DNA of 64,000 nucleotides from Vicugna vicugna (Eukaryota). The stretch is from the NCBI GenBank assembly GCA_013265495.1, contig MU057865.1, positions 1 through 64,000 of the forward strand, in the 5' to 3' direction. Within the stretch, counting starts at the first letter, position 1. Every line of letters starts with the position of its first letter. Under the pieces are notes generated by a model that did no database searches, was not told the origin of the DNA, and saw only the letters and a program-made list of their open reading frames with translations. Positions 1 to 11,477 of the stretch are shown one piece after another. Position numbers and translations under genes: made by a program.

Positions 1-150
1 CAGGAGCCACCCATGATCAGGTAACGTGGGTAAATAACGGGGAACGCCACACCTTTTTTGCAGGTTTTTTTCCTGTAAAGAACATTATGTCCTAACAACA
101 ATGTGCAGGGTGCTCACTAAACAGTAAATGAAGCCCAGGACAGAAAACAT

Positions 151-292
151 AGTAAATAAATTTTTTGGTGGGGGAGATAATTAGGTTCAATATTTTTATT
201 TATTTACTTTTTAAGAAAGGTAGTAGATATTGAACCCAGGACCTTGTACATGCTAAGAATGCACTCTACCACAGAGCTATATCCTCTCCTGC
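151..292 (-). mobile_element. tRNA-derived SINE (Vic-1-like, camelid)
   Basis: The reverse complement has a tRNA-like head (tagctctgtggtagagtgca...ggtcctgggttcaatatc) and the cctaatta-tctccccc-A-rich tail. Degenerate TSD cccagga(c/g)agaaaacat at 134-150 and 293-309. Confidence 0.9.
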
Positions 293-539
293 CCCAGGAG
301 AGAAAACATGGAAAGAGTATTAACCAGTTGCTTTCAGGAAGCTTAATGTCCATTGCTGGCAAAAATCTAGAACCTGTTATTAAACACATAGATTTTGGAG
401 GTACTCACTGTGACTATCAACTTCAATTAACTGAGAAAAATCAGGCAAAACTCACAGTAGCAAAGACTAACACACTGATAGAGAAAAGCATTGTGTTCTA
501 TGAATTAAGAGCCTGTCGTGTCCGTGAGGACTGCAATGA

Positions 540-1142
540 ATCCTAGCTCCACCCCATACTAGATGGCTGACCTTGCACAAAGTTATTAGCATCCCCGAGC
601 CTCAGTGTTTTCATATGTGAGATTGCTACTGTAATGTTGCCAAAGAATAGGTTCTTGTCTCATGCAGGAAAAAAATTCGAGAATTCAAGAATGAGGCATA
701 GTAAAGTGAAAGTACGTTTATTCAGGGAGATACACACTCCATAGACAGAGTGTGGTCCGTCTCACTCAGAAAGGAGAGTGGCCGCGAGGCACAGGGGTGG
801 TTGGGTTTCATGGGCTGGGTGATTTCTTATGCTAATCAGTGGATTATTCCAACAGCTCATAGGGAAATTTCGGGGATTGCCAGGAATTGGGCCCAGCCCA
901 CTTTTTGGACTGCACGGGAACTGTCATGGCACCTATGGGTGTGCCATGAGACTCGAGCTCTACTGGAAATAGAATCTTCCTCCATCGTGGGCTTAGCTGG
1001 TTCTAGCCAGTTTACGTCTTGTCCCCAATTGCTGTGTTGTTCTTTTACTGGTTGTGCCCTGCCCCCTTCCCACCTGTCTCTGTAATCGTGTAACTATAAT
1101 TGTGTTCAGGATGAAAATTTAATGAGTTTATGACTGTAAAGA
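540..1142 (+). mobile_element. MIR SINE remnant split by an LTR insertion
   Basis: The MIR core (gaccttgcacaaagtta...gagcctcagtgttttcatatgtga) lies before 631 and a MIR tail-like segment (tgtgttcaggatgaaaatttaatgag...tgtaaa) lies after 1085. Confidence 0.6.
635..1081 (-). mobile_element. ERV1-class solo LTR, MER41-like
   Basis: 4-bp TSD gtaa (631-634, 1082-1085) and tg...c(t) termini. The MER41-type segment ggaactgtcatggc is present. It shares a ~100-nt block with the LTR at 61347-61918 in opposite orientation. Confidence 0.8.
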
Positions 1143-2779
1143 GTATATCTTTATATACTATATCCTCCTGGTGTCTGGGAATACTTACTATTAATATGCA
1201 AGATGGTCTTAGAAAGGAGAGTCTAACTGAAAGAACCGAAGGGAACCTTGAACCACTGGGGGCCTAACATTTGTACAAAACCATTTATTGTCACAGAGAG
1301 AAGGGGATGGTGACTCATGCTGTTATAGAAAGGCTGTTTAGACACAAAGAGTTCTCAGATCAACTCTCTCACAAGTTTGGGATGGTATTTGCCTTTGCCT
1401 GCTTCCAAATAACAGCCGAGATAAAATATCTTGACCTATACAATGAAGCCACTATTTAAAATGCCAATTAAATGTCATTACTAAATAATCTTTCTAGTTC
1501 TGAAACCTGAGGAATGTGGAACAAATGAGAGAAACCATCAGAAAAGATTGATCAATTTTAAGCCGAAAGTGAAGAGTTTAGGGTTAAGGGGCTTTACTGG
1601 TATTTTCCCCTTAAGCAATATCCATTTTACTGGATTTTTCTGTGAGATCTGCTTTCCAAAAAAAAAGTATCAAAGTAAAAAAAAAAAATCTGTGAAAGTA
1701 CTTGGCTGTGTTTATTTCTCTCATTACCCTTAGAAAAATACTCAGTTCAGAAAATCATGGGCTTTGTAGAGGCTTGCGACTGAATCCAGTTTTATCCCCT
1801 GATAATAGTTTCTTCTGTTTTCAAATAGAAGAGAGAGCTTTGGTGATCACGGTCACACAGTATGAATACTGAGGCCACAGGCTGTTCGCTGCTGTCATTC
1901 AGGAGTTCGTTTGTTCACTGCTCACCTAGTTGCAGGTCTGATTCCCTCAACTGCCAGCAGTGATTCCCTGAACGTAGATATTCTTCTACTCACATCTGAA
2001 GGAAGCAGCTTGCTAAGAAACCCCACCCCATCTATCACTTAGAATGAGCCCCATCTCTTTTCAAAGGCGTCCCTGCAGTCAGAACTCACTCAAGCGTCAA
2101 AGCACACTTGTAATTGCAAAGCTCAGTTTCACCCTGGAAATCTTGAAAGCCTGAGGCTTAAACTTGATTACCCAGATCCTACTAAAATGTAAAAACCCAG
2201 AAGGTTTCATAAATTGTAGAGAAACCCCTAGATGGGGGATGATCTGTGACATATTAGGAGATTCTCAATCCAGTCATAAGAGAATCCAACAAAAAAAATC
2301 ACTGGGAGGCTGGCTCTCAAGGGTGGGGATCAGAGCATGGATTGCAGGGAAAGTGGCTGATGTAGCTGTAGAAATAAGATGGTGAGGACTGTTTGCATTC
2401 TCAGAGTGAAAGAATACAAGAGAAAAATTACTCAGGTAAAGAAGGCAAGTTAACACGAACAGGCTGCAGACTTGGATGTGGGTTATGCCTGTGGGTGTCT
2501 TATCTCAGTAGAGAGAGAAGGGTGGTGTGAATAATCAGTCATACCTGCTGGAGGAAGGGAAGTGTCCTCAGGAAGCCAGGTCTGGAGAAGTACCTGTGGA
2601 ACTGAAAACAAGTTACTCTCAACAAGGCTGGTCTCTAGTTCAGGGGCAAGAAATAGGCTGTGGTTGCTTTCCCTTAACTCTGCCCACCACCGTGCCCTGT
2701 CCACCCTAACCTGGCCTGTTACTCAGGCCTGTAGTCATAGCAGGGCATCAGCGCCCACCGTCAGGTACAAGACCCTCTC

Positions 2780-3760
2780 TCCTGACAGAGCTCAGGAGAT
2801 GCTACCCTCAACTATGGCACTTCGGCATGCAGAATATTTCAGGCTTAAGGAATTAGAGAAATGGCGTGTGCAGGAAGAACTTTCTGACCTTCCCCTGAAG
2901 CAGGTCATAAAACCCTCAAGTGAGAATTACCCTCCCTCCCTCTACCTGGAGGAAAAGAACGTCTTTACGTGGACAAAAATATTCAGCCTCCCACTTCAGC
3001 AAACAGCGAATGTTGCCCGCCATCAAGCCATTAGCCACTGTAGCCACTCCTGAGGGGAGTCAGGATGGAGAAAAACAGGATGTCGGCCCTAGATAATGAA
3101 GATGCATATCAAGGGAATAATTTCAATGACCCCAGACCTTTGCATCTTCCCAGATATAGAAAAGGGCTAAAATCATTAACTTGAGATGTCTGGGTTTTTT
3201 GTAGCTAGTGGTAATCGTTTAATGTTTGATGAGATGGGGCTTTTTTCAGCAAAAACATCCTATATATCCTGACTCCTCCCTTTCCTGGAGGAACGGTTCC
3301 TCACAGCTATCTGTAATTCTGCCTTCCCGGACTATAGTCCTACAGTCAGGTTCCCAAATAAAACAAGTCTCAACTTTTCAGTTGTGTGACTTTGCTTTTG
3401 CTTTTGCTTTTGTTTTTGTTTTCTCAGTCAGTGCTTATCTCTGAAGACAAAGGGGCACAGAGAGGAATCTGAAATAACAAGCCTTGCTCAGTTTCCCTCA
3501 GTTAATTACACTTCGCCCATACTCTTTGCCCTATCATATTTTCCTACAACTTTCCACTCTTTGTCAAATCTAACATAAAAACACTCATCTTGAATCATTT
3601 CTTTGGATCTTTGTTTCCTTACAAAGACCCTTGGGTCATGTAAAACTTGTATTAAATACATTTGTATGCTTTTCTCTTTGTAATCCGTCTTTGTCAGTTT
3701 AATTGTCAGACTTAGGAACCTGAAGAGGACCAGGTAGGGGAAAATTCTTTCTTCCTATAC
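2780..3760 (+). mobile_element. MER34/MER39-like ERV1 solo LTR, interrupted by a younger LTR
   Basis: atgctaccctcaactatggcact...gaagcaggtcataaaaccctca resumes after 3433 as cttatctctgaagacaaaggggcacagagaggaatctg...attaaatacatttgtatgcttttctc...taca. Confidence 0.75.
2968..3433 (+). mobile_element. ERV1-type solo LTR nested in the MER34-like LTR
   Basis: (t/c)gtggac start, TATA-like cctatata, aataaa polyA signal, and imperfect 4-bp TSD ttta/ctta. Homologous to 29379-29650 and related to 29917-30420. Confidence 0.8.
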
Positions 3761-3799
3761 ACTGTCATTTTCCCCATCAACTCCCTAGCCCGTGTGACC

Positions 3800-4180
3800 A
3801 CTCCCTGACTTCTGCCTTAATCCTGAGCGCTGTTTATAGTTTCCTAACTAACCAGGTCACTTTTTATCTCTGCATCTTGAGTCACACTGGTCTCTCCAAC
3901 TCTACCTCCCTGTCATATCTTTGCTACCCTTCTTCTTCTGGCAAATGTCTATGTCTTTTTTAAGCTTCCATTCACAGACTATCTTCAGAGATCCTTTACT
4001 TACATCATCCCACCCCTGCATACTGGGACCAGACCTGAGTGCATCCTTATCACTGCCATATCATTTTAGTTATATGTCTCTCCTTTGAGACCATGGTCTC
4101 TTTGAGGGCAGGCAACAGACACTGCACATTATCATCTTGCACTTCTAGTGTCTGGCATATGAAAAGGTGCTAAAATTGAA
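3800..4180 (+). mobile_element. L2 LINE 3' remnant
   Basis: Pyrimidine-rich stretch ending in tctctttgagggcaggca...tctagtgtctggcatatgaaaaggtgctaaaattgaatga, typical of the L2 3' end. Confidence 0.55.
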
Positions 4181-4730
4181 TGATCTGTGACCTACACCTC
4201 CTTGAGTGGCACCAAGCTGGTGGCCAGGGAAGCATTTGTCTCACATCCAAGGGGGATCTGAACTGCTTTGATTGTCACAGCAGTCTCCAAAGGCACACAT
4301 CCCCTCTAGAGACCACCACTATAGACTTGAATCAAGGGCCCCCAAGATAAGCAGATGATCTTCCCCGATTAGATTGAAGTCCATGCAGATGGAACCAGAG
4401 AATTGAAACTGTCCTGACACTAGAGCTGTAAAACACCTTAAGAACTTTTAGTGAAATGATGGATTCAAGGATCCAAATTAGAATATAGGCACTAATTATT
4501 CTAGAAGAAAAGCCTCCAAACCTGGAAAGCCAGGGTGGAAAAGAAGACCAAAAGTCAATTTGCAGGGATTAGGAAAATGATAACCCAAACAGCCAAGTCC
4601 ACAGAGGCAGTCAGTGCATGTCAAGGACTCTCAAGGATCCTTTTGGGTAGAAGCAAACAATAAAATTAGCCAATATCATACTATCTTTGAAATAAACCCA
4701 AATGGACTGGGTTTTGGCCTCAAGAAGGAA

Positions 4731-4756
4731 ACACACACACACACACACACACACAC
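4731..4756. repeat. (AC)13 microsatellite
   Basis: Read directly from the sequence. Confidence 0.97.
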
Positions 4757-5236
4757 TTATATATCTATTTCTTTAGGGAGAAAAGAGACTGAAAAATATA
4801 ACTCAACCCAGACTTAAAAAGACAGTAGATTAGGGTAACCAATATGTTAGCTGATAAGAAACATCAGGAACCACAAATGTAACCAACACCAATATCAAAA
4901 TTAGGCCAGAAATTTGACTTTACAATCACTGTGACCCACAAAGACAGGCTCAGTAACCAATCTTGCCAACAAATAATAGACTCCACCTCTAACCTTTTCC
5001 TCAGGTTACTCCTTTCTAAATCATTCTCAGGAATACACTTAACTGATGGAGCTCGGGATTTTGCTTCCACGAAGACTGGGATATGAGTGCTTAACTTCTC
5101 CTGTGGGAGAAAGGACTCGGAAGGCTGAACATTCCCCAGACACGGTAAAAGTTTTAAAAATTCTGGGAAGCCAGAAAATATGACAAATGTCCACTACACA
5201 TACCTAGCAAATGTACTCTTCAAAGCCACCCAATGA

Positions 5237-5287
5237 GGAAATTTCTAGATGGAAATTTCTAGAAGGAAATTTCTAAAATTTCTAGGT
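5237..5287. repeat. Short tandem repeat of GGAAATTTCTAGA(T/A), about 4 units
   Basis: ggaaatttctagat ggaaatttctagaa ggaaatttcta aaatttctaggt. Confidence 0.9.
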
Positions 5288-5814
5288 GGAAACATAAGGC
5301 TCACTGGGACAGTATCTTGCGTAAGTTTACAGATCTGGCAAGTGGCCAGTAAGATAATTCAATTCACTGCAGACCTCATGGTTCCCCGTGGGGTGTGTGT
5401 TGTCTTCCAAGGGGAAAACCCAGAGACTGCACTGAAAAGTGATCATGGATAGGATGAATGGAAGAGAATCCAAGGACGATATGACACCTTGTTTTTCCTA
5501 AACTTTTAGGAGAGCCAGGAAGTGGTGTCTCTAGCTACCTTAAATAGAGTCATTATAGCATCAAAGACCTCCTCAGTTACCTAGCAACCTTGTGGATGTG
5601 CGATCAGTGGGCATTCACATGAACCCACCTCCCACAGCCACACACATCCTTATGCACTGGGGATAGATATTTTAAAACACAGGATGAAATGCTTTTTTTT
5701 TTTCTTCTCTCCAGTGAGGGAGGAGTGTGAATTAAAATCTGGAGAATTTTCTTTTCAAAATATAAAACAACCTTCCCACCCTCACCTTTCTTGTCTGAGA
5801 ATCTGAAGCTTCCG

Positions 5815-6183
5815 GTTATGGACTAAACATTTGTTTAGTGCCCCTCCTCCCCATTCAGTGTTGAAACCCTACCCCCAAGTGTGGTGAACTTAAGAGATGG
5901 GGCCCAGGGGTGTTAACTGAGATTAGATGAGGTCATGAGAAGAGAGCCTTCATGAATAGGATTAACGTCTTTATAAGAGTCACGAGAGAGCTGTTTCCCC
6001 TCTCTGCTTTCCATCACGTGCGGAGACAATGAGCAGACAGCCTTCTTTAAGACAAGAAATGGTCCCTCACCAGACACTGGATCTGCCGCTGCCTTAATCT
6101 TAGACTTCCCAGTCTCCAGAACTGTGAGAAATAAATGTTTGCTGTTTAAACCATAAAGTCTATGGGATTTCTGAACTAAGACA
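5815..6183 (+). mobile_element. MLT1A/B-type MaLR solo LTR
   Basis: tatggactaaac...gatgaggtcatgag...ccctcaccagacactggatctgc...cttcccagtctccagaactgtgagaaataaatgtttgctgtttaa...ctaagaca. Confidence 0.9.
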
Positions 6184-6278
6184 GTTGCTCTTCCCCTTAA
6201 CCACAAATCGGCATAATTTATTTACACGCATTGGTTGCCTACCTGTTCTTCTGCTCGTGGATCTATCAGTTTTCGTTG

Positions 6279-6530
6279 GCAACAGCCTGGGCTGAGAGCT
6301 GGGAGGTGGGATTCCGGTCCTGTCTGTGGGACTCCAGGCAGGCCATTGCCCGTCTCCGTCCCAGGCTCTTCAACAGTAAGAAGAGGTGGGGGTGGAGAGA
6401 GGACGGTGATCTCTGCCCGGTGTCCACACTCTGCCATCTCTTTCCCGTCCTGGCTAACTCACAGGGCGCCGGGAGCGGCTGGGAGGGACGCACGACGGGA
6501 TGCGTTTGGAAGCGCTATGAACAATATACA
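6279..6530 (+). mobile_element. Highly diverged, GC/CpG-enriched MIR/MIR3-like remnant
   Basis: Colinear similarity to the MIR core and tails (ctgggctgagagctgggag...ttccggtcctg...ggcaggccattgcccgtctc...gatctct; ctcacaggg...aagcgctatgaac). Confidence 0.55.
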
Positions 6531-7311
6531 GCATCTGAGTACTAATGAAGCATTGTTTAAATGTGCAACCAGCTAGTCCATTATTTTTTTTTTAAATTCC
6601 CAGACCCTTGTGGGCCAAGTCAAGTACTCTCAGGCCCTCAATACCCGTGTTTGATGTTGATAATGGGAAAAACTTGAGAAAAGAGAATGCAAGATGAATT
6701 AAACAGGGTGTGTTTGGAAAAGCCCCGTGATTTGAGCCCTTCTGTTCCTGTTTGCTAGAAATGATAATTGGGCTTCTGGCTCCAGCAGGAATAATCCTTA
6801 TTCTTGGGAGACTTGCAATGAAACTTTGATGCTAGAAGAAAACTGCATTTGTATCTTTCTTTTCAAATATCTGCTTCCCAGTCCATCCCCCACTCCAGCA
6901 CTTGTGGAGAACGACAGGGAGCAGGCAGATAAATTGTTTCACCAATGTGACAATGTGGGCCTTCATTTTAATTTAACCATCAGGATGGACAGGATTTTTT
7001 TCCTGGTAACAGAGCACCAGGCCCAGTTGCCCAAGCTGGTTTTACACTAGATTGAACCCCATCATTCTTCACGCTGCGTTACATCCACGCCTTCACAAGA
7101 GGGAAAACCAATTTGTCCTGGATCATTTGCAAACCTGGAGTTGAGAGTAGCCACTTATTTTCTGACACAATCTCTCAAACCTCAAGCTATGGGCAGATCC
7201 ATCTGCAGTGTGGGTAGAAAAGGCGCTAAACTCATGCACATATTTATCTTTAAAGGAGATTCTCAAAGAGATGAAAATGCACAGGCCAAAGGAATCAACA
7301 ACTGAAGGGAT

Positions 7312-7470
7312 GGGGAGGGTGTAGCTCAAGTGGTAGAGCGCGGGCTTCGCATGCACGAGGTCCTGGGTTCAATCCTCAGTACCTCCTCTGAAAATAAACA
7401 AATCTAATTACACCTCCCCTAGCAAAATAAAAAAAAATACAATAATAAATAAATGAAATATTTTTTAAAA
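7312..7470 (+). mobile_element. tRNA-derived SINE (Vic-1-like)
   Basis: ggggagggtgtagctcaagtggtagagcgc...gaggtcctgggttcaatcctcagtacctcc, with A box, B box and A-rich tail. Confidence 0.95.
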
Positions 7471-8834
7471 ATAACTAAGGGTATATTTTCAGGAGTCCGC
7501 TGGGGGAGTCTCCTGGTGCCCTTCAAGTTGCTCTTGACAGACAACTGTTTCTTCTTCATTATCCCCATGGGATGTCCAATGATAACAAGAATTGAGCAAT
7601 TCTGCCCCTGAGGAACCTGGATCCAACTGGAGGTGCAACAGCAGGAAGGGACTTTGGGCTGAGGCCAAGATTAATCTTGCAGAAGAAGTCACTTGTCCGA
7701 GGTTGTGTAGATAGAAAAGTAGCAGAAGGAAGTTTAAAGCCAGATTTAGATGCCAAAACTTTCCTGTTTTTGCTGCTAAACTATATGCTTTCACATGCAT
7801 GACAGAGATGCATCTTGTCAACGCTACACAGTTTACCATCACTTGCCCTTTAATTGATTCATATCAGACTTCCTTTACAAGAAGCTTGTAAACTCCTGGA
7901 GAGAAAGACACTTATGCTTTCCTTCCCTCCTTCCGCATGATGCGTGGTAGACACTGACGTGACTGGACCCCAGCGGGGCATTCACAAGCAAGAATGGGCA
8001 GGAATGCAGCCCAGACAGCATTGCAGAATGTGAGGGCCTGGGATGCAGGAGCAACGTAAAGGAATTACAACATGCAGTTCTGGAAAACAGCTGTCAAATG
8101 TGGGTTTGAATAGGGTCATGGAGGACAGAAAAGACATGAATTGGTGAAAGAAAGCAGGAGGTCATCACCAGCACAGAAATGGCCCTGAGACTCCCCAAAA
8201 GGGAAGGAGAAAGTGTACGCAGAGGTTCACAAGGTCGCTAGCTTCACAGAGGCATTATCAGGGCTGAGGGGGCTCAGCTGAGGTTGATCTCAGTCCCAGG
8301 GAAAAGGTGACACATTGGAATGCCATTCTCCGAAACATTCTCAACTTCTTGCGCTGGGGTGGCTCTCATCAAGCCATTCAGAATAGGGTGCATTTCTGGG
8401 TGAACTTTCCTATCAACCTGTTGGAAAGGACTCACCACCTGCTAACTATGCATGATGCGTTGTTACACTGCACAGAGTGTCACCATCGAGAACAAATGGC
8501 GTGAGCTGCCACCGTGCTGCGGCATTCCATCTGACAAAATGATATGTCGTTATTAAGTGGCGAGGGATATTGATTTCTCAGTATGTTTCCTGCTTGCTCA
8601 ATTGCTTTGGTTACAACGGCAACAACACTATACATTAAATACTTTGAGGAGACACAGAAGGTTTATCCCTAGGTGCTCAATAACGTAGGACTTGCTCTTT
8701 GCCCTGGAAAATAATCATATCCCCTGACACCTATCTTGATTGCATTCTCTTAAAAGGAAACTGGCTTTTCTTTTTCCTTGCCAAAAGGTTTAAAATGAGA
8801 GACAGAACTTCTCGACTAGAGTTGAGATGGCCAC

Positions 8835-8990
8835 GTGGCGCAGGGTGTGGTCTGGACATCAGACCAGCAGGTTTGGGTCCCAGCTCTGCCACTGATCACC
8901 GAGTCACCTCAGGGGTCACACCACCTCGCTGATCTTCAGTTTCTGCCTCTGTAAAGGGAAAGAATTGCACTAACTTATCTCTAAGTTCTC
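8835..8990 (+). mobile_element. MIR/MIR3 remnant
   Basis: ggtttgggtcccagctctgccactga...cttcagtttctgcctctgtaaa...atctctaag. Confidence 0.75.
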
Positions 8991-9040
8991 CTCGAGCACT
9001 TAACAGGTATTCTTTTCTAGCGCCTTAAAGAACTTTTTTT

Positions 9041-9458
9041 TCATTCAACACATATTTATTTAGTTCCAGGTATTGTTCAAAATCCTGGGGATACTGTAAT
9101 TTGAAAATAAACAAACCTACCTGTCTTTCTGGAATATAGCTTTTAATAGGTGGAGATAGAGAGTAAATTAATTAATAAATAAATATATATTATGTCAAGT
9201 GGTGGTGGTACTGTGAACAGAAATTAAAGCAAAGGGGGTAAAGTGCAGGATTGTGGGATGGGGTAAGGTGGGAAGTGGGATGCTAATTTATTCTGGGTAG
9301 TCAGGAAAGCACTGGCTGGTAAGGTCACATCCATGCAGAGAGCAGAATGAAGTGAGAAAGTAAACCCCACAGGTATCTGGAGGAGGAATATTCTAGGTCG
9401 AAGGAACTGCAGGTGCAAAGGCCCTGAGGCACGAGTGTGCTTGAGACGTACTCGAAAT
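9041..9458 (-). mobile_element. L2a LINE 3' fragment
   Basis: tcattcaacacatatttatt...tcaggaaagcactggctggtaaggtcacat...gaaggaactgcaggtgcaaaggccctgaggcacgagtgtgcttg. Confidence 0.9.
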
Positions 9459-11019
9459 CCATCTGCAAGTGCTTGAGCTTGAATGGACATCCAGAGGCTC
9501 ATCTGGATGTTGCGATGTTTCCTGACTTGCCTTCTGCTCCTGCCAGTTTGAGCAATGCTCTGGGCAGTATTAGGAACATTCTGGAAAACACCTACCCTTA
9601 AGTATATGGATAGTCCACAGTTGTCCCTCTGAAACCTGGTGCAGGGAAGGAGAGAAATCTTCTGGGAGTTCATATGAAGCTGTAATCTTCCTTCAAGAAT
9701 CAAGTCTCTCCCCAAACAGTAAACATGAGAATTTTTTTCTTCTGAAAAAGGCAAAGTTGTGAATTAGGTAGCTATATCTGGGATGAAAAACCAAGAGCAA
9801 AATCTGCTCTGTGAAGGTGGGAATGATCCTCGGCCTTCACGTCTGCCATGAAGAGAACATTTGTCCTTACAGCCACACGATCAGGTTGTAAACACTTGAT
9901 AGCTTAATAATATTTTTAATGAGTCTCTGTGAAAATGGGAAACCCCACTGTATTAAATGGGCCCATAAAATGTTATGCAGCTGTGCTGTGGCCTCAAACA
10001 AATTGCAGACAGATCCCACCCAGTGCCCTATAATATTACGTGCCACATTTAAGATTTTGGCTACCTCGTCTGCAAGCATTCTTAGGAAATACTTCAAATA
10101 CTTCCAGACACAACCCACAAGCAGGGAGACTGGGTAGCTGAACACAGAATCCTGAAAAATCCGATCTCATGTTTACGTCTCCTCTAATTATCTCAACTTA
10201 CACTGACAGATCTCTCCTCTGAATGTCTACAGCTTAAAAATCACTCATTTATTTAAAATTTACCAGTCACTGCTGATGGCAAGAAGATACAAAGATCACT
10301 TTATTTTTGCCTTTGATTATTACTGTCTGCAAGTACCTGTTTGTAAGGCAACATGAGATTAGGTACCACGAGACTTGCAAACCAACTGCTGGAGAAATTT
10401 AGAAATGGGAGGAGGAACTGCTAACTGTAAGTAATCAAGGAAGGCTTCCTGGAAGTGACAATGATCTGGATGAGCCTTCAGGTGAGGACTCTCCAGAAAA
10501 AAAATGCAGGCACATTTTTAGCCTTACTCCGGCATTTCTCAAAGAGGATTACATGGTCTTATTAAGAACTCACAGAGTACACTCAGTGCTCTGTGAACTG
10601 CACGTGGAAAATGGGGGCTCATTCCCAGGAAACACGAACCACCCAAGTAAACTCAGACGGTGTCACAGCATCACTTTAGCACCTGCTCCATGAAGCTGTG
10701 TCAATGACTGTGCATATATGGCGTGGACACTGTGGCATGCGAGGTCTTCATGCTTCTAAAAGCTTTACAATCTACATCCCGTGAACAGCCTTGGAAGAAG
10801 AAGAATTGATTGAAAACCACATTTTAGAACACATTTGTGACTGTGATTCTAGTCTGAGTTTCCATGAAAATGGGCAACAATTACCCTCTGTGTTCATTCC
10901 CTCTTTGAGCTTCACAATTCTCCTGAAGTAGGATTTATGAACCCATTTTATAGGTTCTGCTTACAGGATAAAATTAAAACATTGCTTAAGATCTTAGGAA
11001 AAATTACTGTGAAAGATGA

Positions 11020-11330
11020 GGCTACATTGGCAGAAATTTTGAAGACTGACCAAATCCAGTGTTCACAGAGGTATGGGAAGTGAGTGGTATTATAAATGGA
11101 TACAGCTTTTTAAGAGGCAATTTAATATTATTTATCAATGTGACTTATGAACATATTATTTGATCCTGAAATTCTGCTTCTAGAAATCTACCAAATACTT
11201 GCACAATGTCCCAAAGACACATGCAAGAGAATGTTCATTACTGCATTGTTTGTCACACAGGAAAAAAATGGTGACAAACTCTAGGGTTAAATCATGTTTC
11301 ATCTACAGTATGGAATGCTATACTGGCATT
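11020..11330 (+). mobile_element. Old L1ME-type fragment
   Basis: tttgatcctgaaattctgcttctagaaatcta...agaatgttcattactgcattgtttgt...tggaatgctatactggcattt is a decayed ORF2 3' end. Confidence 0.65.
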
Positions 11331-11477
11331 TTTTTTTAACAGAGAGAAGTTTGTAACTTTTTATCCTATATGCCTGTCTGTAGCTTGGAACTTTTTTATA
11401 AGTATGTATCCATAAATTAATTTAAGTTTTTAAATCTTTTAATGTGAAAAAGAAATTGGTCTACCATCCAAATCTCT

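Noticed and set aside
2562..3053. 163-aa ORF
   Set aside because: It runs from unique DNA across two different LTRs and has no protein similarity.
7312..7385. tRNA-like sequence as a true tRNA gene (also at 151-292, 25032-25141, 51554-51689, 58283-58423)
   Set aside because: There is no proper acceptor stem, all copies share a non-tRNA body and A-rich tail, and most have TSDs. These are SINE copies.
9224..9754. 176-aa minus-strand ORF
   Set aside because: About half lies in a decayed L2 remnant, it has a non-ATG start, and it shows no recognisable domain.
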